This document shows positions 9,053 through 18,427 of a stretch of 64,000 nt of DNA, in pieces. The notes below the pieces were generated by a model, which saw nothing but the letters and a program-made list of their open reading frames with translations, was not told the DNA's origin and did not search any database. Source of the stretch: an uncultured bacterium. GTDB taxonomy: Bacteria; Verrucomicrobiota; Verrucomicrobiia; Verrucomicrobiales; DEV007. The DNA lies in contig CAXBMO010000011.1 of the NCBI GenBank assembly GCA_963977015.1, positions 64,001 through 128,000 on the forward strand. The letters run 5' to 3'. Each line of letters begins with the position of its first letter. Position 1 is the first letter of the stretch. The position numbers were made by a program, and so were the translations under genes.

Positions 9053-10522
9053 ATGCATTTCAAACCCCTTTTACAGCAATGCTGCTTCCTCGTGTGCTGG
9101 ATTCCGGCACTTCTCTGGGCTCAGGATGGAGAAAAACCCAACGTGCTCTTTCTGATCTGCGATGACCTGAACTGCGATATTGGCTCCTACGGGCATCCTC
9201 TGGTTCAAACCCCGAACATCGATCGTCTGGCGAGCCGCGGGGTGCGCTTTGATCGCGCCTATTGCCAGTATCCGTTGTGTGGGCCAAGCCGCGCGTCGTT
9301 CATGACCGGCCTCTATCCGGATCAGACGTTGATCCGTCGGAATGCGATCTACGTGCGGGAACACCTTCCCAGTGTGAAGTCGATTCCGCAGATGTTTCGC
9401 GATGCCGGATACTTTGCGACCCGAATCGGAAAAATTTATCACTACAACGTTCCCAAGCACATTGGAACGAGTGGTCACGATGATCCGTATTCCTGGAATC
9501 AGGTTTTCAATCCGCGAGGGCGGGATGTCGAAGACGAGCCTCTGATCTTCAGCCTGCAACCCGGGAGTTTTGGCGGGACGCTCAGTTGGTTGGCGGCCGA
9601 TGGCGAGGACTCAGAGCAGACGGATGCCATGATTGCCGATGAGACCATCCGGCAATTGCAGGGCTTCGCGGAGAGTGGGAAATCCTTCTATCTTGCGGTG
9701 GGGCTGTTTCGTCCGCACACCCCTTACGTTGCCCCCAAAAAATACTTCGATCTCTACCCGCTGGAATCCATCACCATTCCATCACAGCCCGAGGACTATC
9801 TTGAGACCCTTCCCAAACCCGCCGCAACGTCGATTCGGAGGAAGAAGAATCAGGTCGATCTGGATGAGAAGCTCGCTCGGGAATGTATCCAGTCGTATTA
9901 TGCTTCGATTACGTTTGCGGATGCGCAAATCGGTCGAATTCTCGACGGATTGGAGGCGAGTGGGTTGGCGAAAAACACGATTGTGATTTTCACCTCGGAT
10001 CATGGCTATCACATGGGGGAGCACGGGCATTGGCAGAAGACGACGTTGTTTGAGAACGCGACCCGCGTGCCGTTGATCATGGCGGGGCCCGGTATTTCGG
10101 CTGAGGGGAAATCGACCGAAACGCCGGTCGAGATGGTCGATTTTTATCCGACGTTGGCGCAGTTGTCAGGACTGATGAGCAAAGCTCCAAACTATCTTTC
10201 GGGGGTGAGTCTGGTTCCGGTGTTGAATGACCCGGAAAATGCGGCGCCGCGTGGTTCAGCCTTTTCTCAGTATGCGAACGGATATAGCATCCGTACGGCA
10301 CGCTATCGATATACCGAATGGGGGGAGGAAGGCAGTGAAGGGAACGAACTCTATGACCATCAAACCGACGCTGAAGAGTTGGTCAATCTGGCGCAGAACG
10401 TGGAATATGAAGGGAAGGTCAACGAACTGAGGGAGGAGCTTCACCAACGGATCAGGGATGCTCAGCGCAAGCCTGATGGCTTGGAACAAATGGTGTTCGA
10501 GAACCGGCGCCGGGTCCGCTAG
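9053..10522 (+). CDS. Secreted sulfatase (iduronate-2-sulfatase / choline-sulfatase-like)
   Basis: Signal peptide, PNVLFLICDDL, CGPSRAS formylglycine motif, GKIYH, RPHTP and SDHG. Confidence 0.93.
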   Translation: MHFKPLLQQCCFLVCWIPALLWAQDGEKPNVLFLICDDLNCDIGSYGHPLVQTPNIDRLASRGVRFDRAYCQYPLCGPSRASFMTGLYPDQTLIRRNAIYVREHLPSVKSIPQMFRDAGYFATRIGKIYHYNVPKHIGTSGHDDPYSWNQVFNPRGRDVEDEPLIFSLQPGSFGGTLSWLAADGEDSEQTDAMIADETIRQLQGFAESGKSFYLAVGLFRPHTPYVAPKKYFDLYPLESITIPSQPEDYLETLPKPAATSIRRKKNQVDLDEKLARECIQSYYASITFADAQIGRILDGLEASGLAKNTIVIFTSDHGYHMGEHGHWQKTTLFENATRVPLIMAGPGISAEGKSTETPVEMVDFYPTLAQLSGLMSKAPNYLSGVSLVPVLNDPENAAPRGSAFSQYANGYSIRTARYRYTEWGEEGSEGNELYDHQTDAEELVNLAQNVEYEGKVNELREELHQRIRDAQRKPDGLEQMVFENRRRVR

Positions 10523-10745
10523 CGAAACGCTCTTCTTCTGCGACTTTGTCTCCTTTGCGGTGGCTGACCGATGTCTGGGGCGGCCACCCAATTGGCCATG
10601 AGCAGAAGAAGAGAGGGGAGGAAAACGGGGCATGGCCCACCGCGGGCGCGCACCGCATGAAGCTCCACCAAATTACCGATTCTCGAAATATTGGGCGGTT
10701 TGGGATCGTGAATTCGGTAACCCTTTGTTTTTGTTTCAGCGATTG

Positions 10746-12122
10746 ATGAATCTCTCCCGCCGTCGTCTTCTTCAAACTGCCGCCTGTGGCTTTGGCCATC
10801 TCGCGTTTTCTGCGATTGCAAACGCGCAGAACCCACTCGCAGCCCGAGAAACGATGCATTTTGCTCGGGCCAAGCGGGTCATTTTCATCTTTATGCAGGG
10901 CGGTCCGAGTCATGTTGATTCGTTTGAGTACAAGCCCGCGTTGGCAAAATATGACGGTCAGCAGGCCGATTTCCGGAACCCCCGATCGCGAAAGGTCGAG
11001 TCGAAACCGGTCATGGGACCGCTTTGGGAGTTCCAACAACATGGAGCGTCTGGAAAGCACGTCACCGGCCTCTTTCCGGAAGTTGCCAAGCATGTCGATG
11101 ATCTCTGTTTTCTCCACGGGATGCACACCAATGGCGTCGCTCACGGCCCGGCGACGTTGTTTCTCCATACGGGAGCAACCAATCTGATCCGGCCATCGGT
11201 CGGCAGCTGGATCAGCTACGGACTTGGCTCATCGAATGAGAATCTCCCGGCCTTTGTCACCGTGAACCCGTGTGCCAACAAGGGCGGACCTCGCAACTAC
11301 GGGAATGCGTTTCTTCCCGCGATTCATCAAGGCACGGTGTTGGGAAGCCCCGGGAATCGGAATGCCGATCCTCACCTGCAAAATCTGATTTCTCCGCTGT
11401 CACCCGACCAGGCAGAGCGCAACTTTGATTTTCTTTCAAGCCTCAATCAGCTGCAGGCGGGAGCTTTGCTCGCGCCCGCGTTGGAAGGAGCCATTTCCTC
11501 CCATGAATTGGCCTGGCGCATGCAGAGTCGCGCCTCGGACCTGGTGGATCTGGATCGCGAGTCGGTCGCGACGACCGAGCTTTACGGAATCGGCGCGAAA
11601 CCCACCGATTCCTTTGGTCGGCAATGTCTCGCCGCGCGCCAGCTTGCGGAGGCGGGAGTTCGCTACATTCAAATCAGCCATTGCGACAACGGTGCGACGC
11701 CGGTTTGGGATCAACACAGCAACATGCCCAAGCACGAGACCCTGGCGCGTGAAGTGGACAAGCCGATCGCCGGTCTTCTTGCCGATCTCAAGCAACGAGG
11801 CATGTTGGAGGACACGCTGGTTTGGTGGGGTGGGGAGTTTGGGCGCACGCCCTACTCGCAAGGGAACAACGGGCGCGACCACAATCCGAAAGGCTTCACG
11901 ACCTGGCTCGCGGGAGGTGGCGTGAAGCGTGGTTTCAGCTACGGATCAACCGATGAGCTCGGCTTCCAGGCAATCGACGGCAAGGTTCACATGCATGACC
12001 TCCACGCGACGATTTTGCACCTGCTCGGCATGGATCACGAGAATTTGACCTATCGCTATGCGGGGCGCGATTTCCGGCTGACCGACGTTCATGGTCACGT
12101 CGTAAAAGAGATCCTGGCGTAG
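10746..12122 (+). CDS. DUF1501 family protein with Tat signal
   Basis: Motifs SRRRLL, MQGGPSHVD, WDQH, GEFGRTP, GRDHNP and DLHATILHLLG. Confidence 0.92.
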   Translation: MNLSRRRLLQTAACGFGHLAFSAIANAQNPLAARETMHFARAKRVIFIFMQGGPSHVDSFEYKPALAKYDGQQADFRNPRSRKVESKPVMGPLWEFQQHGASGKHVTGLFPEVAKHVDDLCFLHGMHTNGVAHGPATLFLHTGATNLIRPSVGSWISYGLGSSNENLPAFVTVNPCANKGGPRNYGNAFLPAIHQGTVLGSPGNRNADPHLQNLISPLSPDQAERNFDFLSSLNQLQAGALLAPALEGAISSHELAWRMQSRASDLVDLDRESVATTELYGIGAKPTDSFGRQCLAARQLAEAGVRYIQISHCDNGATPVWDQHSNMPKHETLAREVDKPIAGLLADLKQRGMLEDTLVWWGGEFGRTPYSQGNNGRDHNPKGFTTWLAGGGVKRGFSYGSTDELGFQAIDGKVHMHDLHATILHLLGMDHENLTYRYAGRDFRLTDVHGHVVKEILA

Positions 12123-12316
12123 TCGCCGGATTTCCCCAGAAGGGGAGGCTTCTCTCTGATGACTGGCTGACTGGTGGCGTTGGGAACGCGCTTCGCCGCG
12201 TTCTCCGGTAAATCGACGAAGACGCCTTTGGCGGCAATTTCGACATCCTGCGCATCGTGAGACGGAAAGTCGCGACGATTTCGAGGATCATCCTGGAGTT
12301 GGAATTCGGTCTCCAT
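12095..12316 (-). CDS. Small hypothetical protein
   Basis: 73-aa ATG ORF 18 nt downstream of the MarR gene on the same strand; no recognisable motif. Confidence 0.35.
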   Translation of the reverse strand: METEFQLQDDPRNRRDFPSHDAQDVEIAAKGVFVDLPENAAKRVPNATSQPVIREKPPLLGKSGDYARISFTT

Positions 12317-12334
12317 TCGGGGGGGGAGTCGGGG

Positions 12335-12700
12335 CTAGTAGCGGGCTAGCTGCGCAATGGGAGCGGGGGCCAGGTGGGTGATGCGATTCCACTCAAAGGG
12401 AATCGGCTCTTCAGGTTCTTCCGGGAAAACCTGAGATAGCAGCTCTTGCCCCGCCTGGGTGGAGCGGATGATGATTTTGCGGCGATCTTCCGGATTGCGT
12501 TGGCGGGTCACGAGACCTTTTCGCAACAGGTGATCGATCGTTCCGGTCATGGATGCCGGCGAAACGCCGACGAGGTCGCTGAGCTCGGACGAGCAGTGAC
12601 TTTCGTCGCGAAGGTGGAACAGGGTAATCATTGCGGACACCCCAATCCAGTGAGGAATTTGGGTGAGATCCGCAAGAGGAGTCGTCTTGAAGTCGTTCAT
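12335..12700 (-). CDS. MarR family transcriptional regulator
   Basis: Winged helix ELSDLVGVSPASMTGTIDHLLRKGLVTR with the MarR wing motif NPEDRR...T.AG. Confidence 0.88.
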   Translation of the reverse strand: MNDFKTTPLADLTQIPHWIGVSAMITLFHLRDESHCSSELSDLVGVSPASMTGTIDHLLRKGLVTRQRNPEDRRKIIIRSTQAGQELLSQVFPEEPEEPIPFEWNRITHLAPAPIAQLARY

Positions 12701-12789
12701 GATGAGTCGAGTCGATAAGAGATGAAGGCGCGAAGTTGCTTCGGACGGGGGAGTCCGGAATCGCGACCTGACGTGAAATTCCGCGCGGA

Positions 12790-12993
12790 TCAGCGGCGGT
12801 GAGAATTCAGGCTACGGCCGGTGGAATTGGCAAAGGCTTGGAGGGCCTCGTAAACTGCGGTCACGGATTTGGGAGGATTTTGGTCCGACTGCATGTGCGA
12901 GAGAAGCGATTGGATCGATTCCGCGACATCGGAAACCAGGATTTCGTGATCAGATGGGGGTGCAGCTTGCGCTACAGAACGCTGGTTGTTCAT
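12790..12993 (-). CDS. Small hypothetical protein
   Basis: ATG ORF (MNNQRSVAQ..., 67 aa) directly downstream of a structured leader. Confidence 0.45.
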   Translation of the reverse strand: MNNQRSVAQAAPPSDHEILVSDVAESIQSLLSHMQSDQNPPKSVTAVYEALQAFANSTGRSLNSHRR

Positions 12994-13023
12994 TAGCTTG
13001 GTATTTGGATTTTGGTTTCCCAA

Positions 13024-13120
13024 TCAGCACGTTGGCGAACCCGCTGAATGGTTTTGTTCAGGTTGAGAAATGCGCCTCGGATGACTCCTCTCAGTGTTTG
13101 GCGAACCCAGAGTGAAGGCG
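13024..13120 (-). promoter_or_regulatory. Structured leader with two stem-loops sharing GGGUUCGCCAA
   Basis: An 11-mer direct repeat TTGGCGAACCC (+ strand) at 13032-13042 and 13098-13108, each inside an inverted repeat (TCAGC/GCTGA; CGCCT/AGGCG). Confidence 0.5.
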
Positions 13121-13273
13121 GAAATTGCATTTCAGCAAAGATCAAAGATCTAAGCATAATGATATTTAGGCTATGTTAGAAGATGAGTCAATTAAGAGAG
13201 AAGTCTTTGTTAAGAAAAAATCCAGCGACTCGTTCCCGCTCTCTGAAACGCGGTGATTTCAGCCGATTTGTAC

Positions 13274-13311
13274 AAAGAAACCGGGCCGAACACATGAAGC
13301 GTTCGGCCCGG
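13274..13311 (-). terminator. Rho-independent terminator
   Basis: Perfect 11-bp stem CCGGGCCGAAC/GTTCGGCCCGG with a 9-nt loop, followed by TTTCTTT on the - strand. Confidence 0.75.
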
Positions 13312-13350
13312 ATACCAAATAGCAGTAAAGCTAATGTGGGTTCGCCGTGA
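13274..13350 (-). ncRNA. Candidate small RNA (~75 nt) antisense to the two downstream leader loops
   Basis: The 5' part reads GGCGAACCCA on the - strand, complementary to the leader loops. It ends in a strong intrinsic terminator with no credible gene upstream. Confidence 0.4.
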
Positions 13351-13513
13351 ATTCGATACAATATCCTTCGTTTCACGCAAGCTAAATTCTTAGAATTGTA
13401 CAATTTTAATGGAATTGGACTTTGGAGACAGAATTTATGCAATTATCGAAAATAATTCCTGCATTTGGGATGTTTCTTTTGTACAGGAATCTTGAAACCG
13501 TATTTCAGGAAAC

Positions 13514-14017
13514 TTGTCGGAGACAGAAACATCCGAGATCACGAGGAAGTTTTCCCTCAAGGTCGAAGAAACGAACTCAGAGACACGATTGGAGCTCGAA
13601 ATGGGCCAACCGGGGGTCATCAAGTTCGAGCTTCCGCCGCGCCCGCAGCCACGGGCCGTTGGTCCACAGGTGATTTGGGCGGAGCTGCGCGCCAAGCTTC
13701 AGCAGCGGATCGAAAGCGGTTCCAAGGAAGACGCAGGGAAGATCGGAACCAAGGAAGCGGCTTTGATTGGGGCTTGGGCCTATGTTTGTGCGGTGGGCCG
13801 GGACGACGAAGCCTTTGGGACGACGGAGATCAAAACGGTGTTGGGAGATTCCTGGGATGCCTTCAAACGGAAGGACAGCCTTCACACCGGTGATCTCAAA
13901 TTAAACCCGTGGATTGATCAGATCGGGAAAAGCAATCGCTACAGCCTGAATGCGGATGGCATTGACCAGGCCAAGGAGCTGATGAAGTCGCTGATTGGTG
14001 ACGCGCAGGAGGCCTGA
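13514..14017 (+). CDS. Hypothetical protein, possible C-terminal winged-helix domain
   Basis: 167-aa ORF with a TTG start and AGGA upstream. The end, YSLNADGIDQAKELM, resembles a wHTH wing-helix. Confidence 0.55.
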   Translation: MSETETSEITRKFSLKVEETNSETRLELEMGQPGVIKFELPPRPQPRAVGPQVIWAELRAKLQQRIESGSKEDAGKIGTKEAALIGAWAYVCAVGRDDEAFGTTEIKTVLGDSWDAFKRKDSLHTGDLKLNPWIDQIGKSNRYSLNADGIDQAKELMKSLIGDAQEA

Positions 14018-14021
14018 TGGC

Positions 14022-15005
14022 CTATTCGCGAGCCCAGATCCGCGTATCCAGGTTCAGGTCCTCCACCAGATCGAAGCACGACTTCAACTCTTCCGCGACG
14101 CGTTGGATCTGGCTGCTGCCATGCAGACTTTCCTGGAGGCGGGGTTCGAAGAAGTTTCCTTTGAGCGGAATCGCGACATTCACCATCGAATCGACAAACG
14201 AGATTCGGATATTTGCGCCTTTCCAGGCGTTTCGCAGGCTCAGGATTCGGCGCATCATCGTGGTGGAAAGCAGGTAGCGGGCCTCGACCTGATCCGAGCT
14301 GTAGACTTGAAAGTGGTTCTCAAAGTCGGGGTCTTCCATGCGCACCAAATCCTTGGATCCAAACGGAAAAAAGCCCTGCATCGCTTTGCCCATTGCGCCG
14401 AAGATCCCGCTTTCATTGTCCGGCAGAACCCGAGTCACGCCTTGGAAGTTCTTGTGAAAATCCGCAACCATCATCACGCCCTTAAAAATGGTCACGTAAT
14501 AGGTTTCCGTATCGCCATCGCTGTCCGTCCGGGTTCGCTTTTCCTCGGCGTTGATTTCGGCGATGAGCACGTCCGTTTCTCCCACTTTTCCGGCGAGCTG
14601 ATCTTCGGTTGCGTAACGGTCTGGCGAGGTGGGAAAAAGCTGCGTTGCGCGGAAGAGGCTGCATTCAATTCCGCGGTCGGGAGCGAAGCGAACCTTGGGT
14701 TGAATCGTGCGAACCAGCTCCGTCACCACATCGGTCTTGAACGAGGTTCGAAACTCTTTCGCTGCCGGCGCTGCGACCACCATCCAACTGATGATGCTGG
14801 CGATAAACGTGGCGATAACTCCCGGGATGAAGACGAAAGCGCCGTAAGCTTGGGAGAGGAACAGGCAAATTACCAGAATGCCGCCACCGATGACCAACAA
14901 CAGGTTGTAGCACTTGGATCGCTGCTCCAACGCGTGAAGCCGGCGGTTTTCCACGCTGTCCAGGTTGGTTTCCAAGCGGGCCAGAACTTGATCGAGCGCT
15001 TCCAT
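14022..15005 (-). CDS. DUF3137-like membrane protein (LemA-associated)
   Basis: Two N-terminal TM helices; motifs TIFKG, EDPDFENHFQVYSSDQVEARYLL and FFEP. Confidence 0.8.
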   Translation of the reverse strand: MEALDQVLARLETNLDSVENRRLHALEQRSKCYNLLLVIGGGILVICLFLSQAYGAFVFIPGVIATFIASIISWMVVAAPAAKEFRTSFKTDVVTELVRTIQPKVRFAPDRGIECSLFRATQLFPTSPDRYATEDQLAGKVGETDVLIAEINAEEKRTRTDSDGDTETYYVTIFKGVMMVADFHKNFQGVTRVLPDNESGIFGAMGKAMQGFFPFGSKDLVRMEDPDFENHFQVYSSDQVEARYLLSTTMMRRILSLRNAWKGANIRISFVDSMVNVAIPLKGNFFEPRLQESLHGSSQIQRVAEELKSCFDLVEDLNLDTRIWARE

Positions 15006-15041
15006 GATGAGCGAAGTTGTCCCTTGGGGGAATTTCCGGGA

Positions 15042-15599
15042 TTAGGAAAAGTCCACCTTCACCGGTGCTCGTTCCACTTCCGCCGCCTCAAAAAACGCCA
15101 TTTTCTTCAGGTTCATGGCGTTTCCGACGATGCTGGATGGAAACATCTCCAAGGCGTTGTTGAACATCTCCACCGCCCCGTTGTGGGCCCGGCGTGCTGC
15201 TGAAACCTGTTCCTCCACTTCATTCAGCGACTTCTGCAGATGGATGAAGTTGTCGCTCGATTTCAGCTCCGGATACGCCTCGGCGCGGACGGAAATCGCG
15301 CCCAGGTTGGAACTGATTTCGCTCTCCAGCGTCATCCGCTCAGAGGATTCGATATCCCGATTGGCGGCTTGTTCGCGCAGCTCGGTGATCTTGGTCAGCA
15401 GATCGTTCTCATGCTGCATGATTCCCTTCACCGTGTTGACGAGATTCGGGATCAGATCGTGGCGCTTTTTGAGGTGAACATCGACGCTGGATAGCGCGCT
15501 TCGCGCCTGGTTGCGTTTCGCGATGAAGCCGTTGTAGGTTGCGAGCCACCAGATGAGAATGATGAGCCCGGCGCCTGCGAGTATGAAGAGTCCTGTCAT
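15042..15599 (-). CDS. lemA: LemA family protein
   Basis: N-terminal TM helix; motifs YN, KRHDLIPNLV, EAYPELKS, AARR..N and FPSSIV. Confidence 0.95.
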   Translation of the reverse strand: MTGLFILAGAGLIILIWWLATYNGFIAKRNQARSALSSVDVHLKKRHDLIPNLVNTVKGIMQHENDLLTKITELREQAANRDIESSERMTLESEISSNLGAISVRAEAYPELKSSDNFIHLQKSLNEVEEQVSAARRAHNGAVEMFNNALEMFPSSIVGNAMNLKKMAFFEAAEVERAPVKVDFS

Positions 15600-15780
15600 G
15601 GTGCGGTGAGGCTACGCGAACTGGCCGGAACCGCCAACTCCAAACATGTTGATAATTTGGAATAGCAAACCTTGAAGGTGGCCGCTGCAAAGATTCCAGA
15701 ATCAGCTAAGCAGGAGAGCGCGAAAAGTAAGTTTTTCCCATCCGATAGCTTGCACTCTGCAAAGTCGTGTCCGAAGGAAA

Positions 15781-18294
15781 ATGGTCATGAAAAACTCCTT
15801 CGCCCTTCTTCTGTTTGCTTGGCTGACAGCGATTCCGCTGTGGGCTCAAGACAAAGCTCCCGCGCTAAAACTCGCCACCGTGTTTGGCGATCACATGGTG
15901 CTTCAACAAGGTAAGCCAACCTCCATCTTCGGGAGTGCTGCGCCGAACGGCCCGGTGACCGTGAAATTCGCGGGTCAAACCCATCAAACCAAGGCGGACG
16001 GCAAGGGAGAATGGAGCGTGACGTTGAATCCGCTGAAGACCAACAAAGTGGGCCAGGCTCTTACGGTTTCGGCCGGTGGGGAATCCGCGAAACTCAGCGA
16101 TATTCTGGTTGGCGAAGTCTGGATGTGTTCCGGCCAATCCAACATGGCGTGGCGACTGAGCCAAACCACGGATTGGGAGAAAGCCGCAGCGGGGGCGAAG
16201 TTTCCTCAGATCAGACTTTTCACGACCCCAACCTCGACGGCAAAATCGCCTCAACGGGACGTGCTTGGTGGAACCTGGCAAATTTGCTCGCCCGAAACGG
16301 CCCCCAATTTTTCCGGTGTTGGTTATCACTTTGGCCGTCAGCTGCATCAGAAGCTCGATGTTCCGATTGGAATGGTCTGCACGGCGTGGGGCGGCAAGCC
16401 GTCGGAAGCCTTCACGAGCCGGGAAATGCTCGAAAGTGTGAGCACCGCACAGAAGCTGTTGGATGATTGGGATGCGCGCCAAAAAGCCTACAATCCAACG
16501 CAGGCCAAAGCCAATTTTGAAAAGGCGCTCGCCGCGTGGGAGAAAAAAGTCGCTGAAATGCGCGCTGCCGCCAAGGAGTCAGGCAAGCCGGTTGCGAGAT
16601 TTCCCCGGAGACCCGCCACGCCGATGGAACCGTATCTTCAGTCGAATTGCCCGACCGCCATCTACAATCAAATGATTGCGCCCTGGAATCCGGTCGCGAT
16701 TGCCGGAGCCATTTGGTATCAGGGCGAATCCAATGCCTCGCGTGCTCGACAGTATGAGACGATTTTCCCGGCCATGATCCAGGATTGGAGAAATCAGCGG
16801 AACGATGCGATTCCCTTCCATCTTGTTCAGTTGGCGAATTTTAGGGCCCCCTCAACCGAACCCGGCCGTCCCGATTCCTGGGCGGAACTCCAGAACGCGC
16901 AAACCTTGACCCTGAAGAAGCAGGTCAAGACCGGGATGGCGATCATTAACGACATTGGCGAAGCCAACGACATTCATCCCCGGAATAAGAAGGACGTGGG
17001 AGAGCGTCTCGCGCGTTGGGCTCTCGCCAACGATTACGGCAAAGAAGTCGATGTGATTTCCGGTCCCATTTATTCTGGTCACGAGATTGTTCCCGGAGGA
17101 ATTCGCGTCCAGTTCGACTACACGGGCGAGGGCCTCGCTTCTCGCGATGGCAAGCCGCTCGCCCGGTTCGAGATTGCGGGCAAGGATCAGAAATGGCATT
17201 GGGCCGATGTTTCCATTGAGGAAGGCGGCAAGAGCATTTTCGCCACCAGCCTCGACGTGTTGGATCCGGTTGCAGTTCGCTATGCGTGGGCCGCCAATCC
17301 GGAAGGCGCAAACCTGGTCAACTCTGCAGGATTGCCCGCCTCCCTCTTCCGCACCGATGACTGGCCGCTTTCGACCGATGCGTCCGGAATGTATCCGAAG
17401 GAAGAGCGAATGAAGCGACTGCTGGAGCGGAGAAAAGAGGCGGCGAAAACGCCGGCGACTCCGGTTGTGGCCAAAGTGGAGGCGAAACCCGCCGCCAAGT
17501 CCGAGCCCGCAAAACCCGCGGCCAAGTCCGAGCCCGCGAAACCGGCTCCCGCCAAGTCCATGCCTGCGAAACCGGCTCCCGCCAAGGTCGTCCCGAAACC
17601 AGCTCCCGCCAAAACCGAGCCGAAGCCGGAACCCAAAAAGCCCGAGCCGAAGACTGCCGACAACACGAATCGGATTCACGAGAACCTCAAGAAAGCGGGC
17701 TGGGAAGTGCTCTTCAACGGCACGGACACCAAAGGTTGGAAGAATCCCTATGATTACGGCAAAATCGAAGTGAAGAACGGCGAGATTCACCTCACTTCCG
17801 ATAAGAAATTCTTTCTCGTGACCGAGAAGACCTACGGCGACTTTCAGCTCACGGCCGAGATTCATCTTCCAGAAGGTAAGGCGAATTCGGGTGTCATGTT
17901 TCGCTGCCACGTCGAACCGGGAAATGTTTACGGTTACCAGGCTGAGTGCGATGGGTCGGAGCGTCGGTGGTCCGGCGGACTTTACGATGAAGCGCGTCGC
18001 GGCTGGATCTGGCCAAGCCAAACCGGTCGCACCAAAGAGGAAAAGTTTCTTGCTCACGAAGAGGAAAGCCAAGCCTTCATGAAACGCCCTGAAGTCGCCG
18101 GCGCGCTCAAGCGCAACGGTTGGAACAAGTATCAGATCACCTGCAAAGGCAACCGCATCCAAATCCGCGTGAACAACGTCCTCATCACCAACATCGAGGA
18201 CGACACCGACGCCCAAGGCCACATCGGCATCCAGCATCACGGAGAGAAAGGCGCGGTTTACCGGTTCCGGAACATCTACCTGAAGCCGTTGTAG
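15781..18294 (+). CDS. Sialate O-acetylesterase (SGNH) fused through a Pro/Ala/Lys linker to a C-terminal DUF1080 (3-keto-disaccharide hydrolase-like) domain
   Basis: Esterase motifs GEVWMCSGQSNM, WYQGESN, DIHPRNK and VRYAW. DUF1080 motifs LFNG, NSGVMFR, GYQ, WN.Y.I, GHIGIQHHG and FRNIYLK. Confidence 0.88.
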   Translation: MVMKNSFALLLFAWLTAIPLWAQDKAPALKLATVFGDHMVLQQGKPTSIFGSAAPNGPVTVKFAGQTHQTKADGKGEWSVTLNPLKTNKVGQALTVSAGGESAKLSDILVGEVWMCSGQSNMAWRLSQTTDWEKAAAGAKFPQIRLFTTPTSTAKSPQRDVLGGTWQICSPETAPNFSGVGYHFGRQLHQKLDVPIGMVCTAWGGKPSEAFTSREMLESVSTAQKLLDDWDARQKAYNPTQAKANFEKALAAWEKKVAEMRAAAKESGKPVARFPRRPATPMEPYLQSNCPTAIYNQMIAPWNPVAIAGAIWYQGESNASRARQYETIFPAMIQDWRNQRNDAIPFHLVQLANFRAPSTEPGRPDSWAELQNAQTLTLKKQVKTGMAIINDIGEANDIHPRNKKDVGERLARWALANDYGKEVDVISGPIYSGHEIVPGGIRVQFDYTGEGLASRDGKPLARFEIAGKDQKWHWADVSIEEGGKSIFATSLDVLDPVAVRYAWAANPEGANLVNSAGLPASLFRTDDWPLSTDASGMYPKEERMKRLLERRKEAAKTPATPVVAKVEAKPAAKSEPAKPAAKSEPAKPAPAKSMPAKPAPAKVVPKPAPAKTEPKPEPKKPEPKTADNTNRIHENLKKAGWEVLFNGTDTKGWKNPYDYGKIEVKNGEIHLTSDKKFFLVTEKTYGDFQLTAEIHLPEGKANSGVMFRCHVEPGNVYGYQAECDGSERRWSGGLYDEARRGWIWPSQTGRTKEEKFLAHEEESQAFMKRPEVAGALKRNGWNKYQITCKGNRIQIRVNNVLITNIEDDTDAQGHIGIQHHGEKGAVYRFRNIYLKPL
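17485..17622 (+). repeat. Five imperfect 27-30 bp tandem repeats encoding KPA(P)AK(S/T)EPA-type linker units
   Basis: Units start at 17485, 17512, 17539, 17569 and 17596; the first two differ at only 2 of 27 bases. Confidence 0.85.
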
Positions 18295-18427
18295 ATGCGA
18301 CATCTCCGCTTTTGAATTGCGGAAAAGAGAGCGAGATTAGGGCTTGGCTTTCGGGGAATGGTTTCCCGTGGCCATCTCGGATGGCTTCGTAACGAGAGCC
18401 AACTCCGGTCGTCTAGAACTTCGAGTC

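Noticed and set aside
13188-13442. 84-aa minus-strand ORF across the AT-rich spacer
   Set aside because: It runs through a strong terminator and has non-coding-like composition.
17485-17622. Possible CRISPR-like array
   Set aside because: In-frame coding repeats with no spacers and no cas genes.
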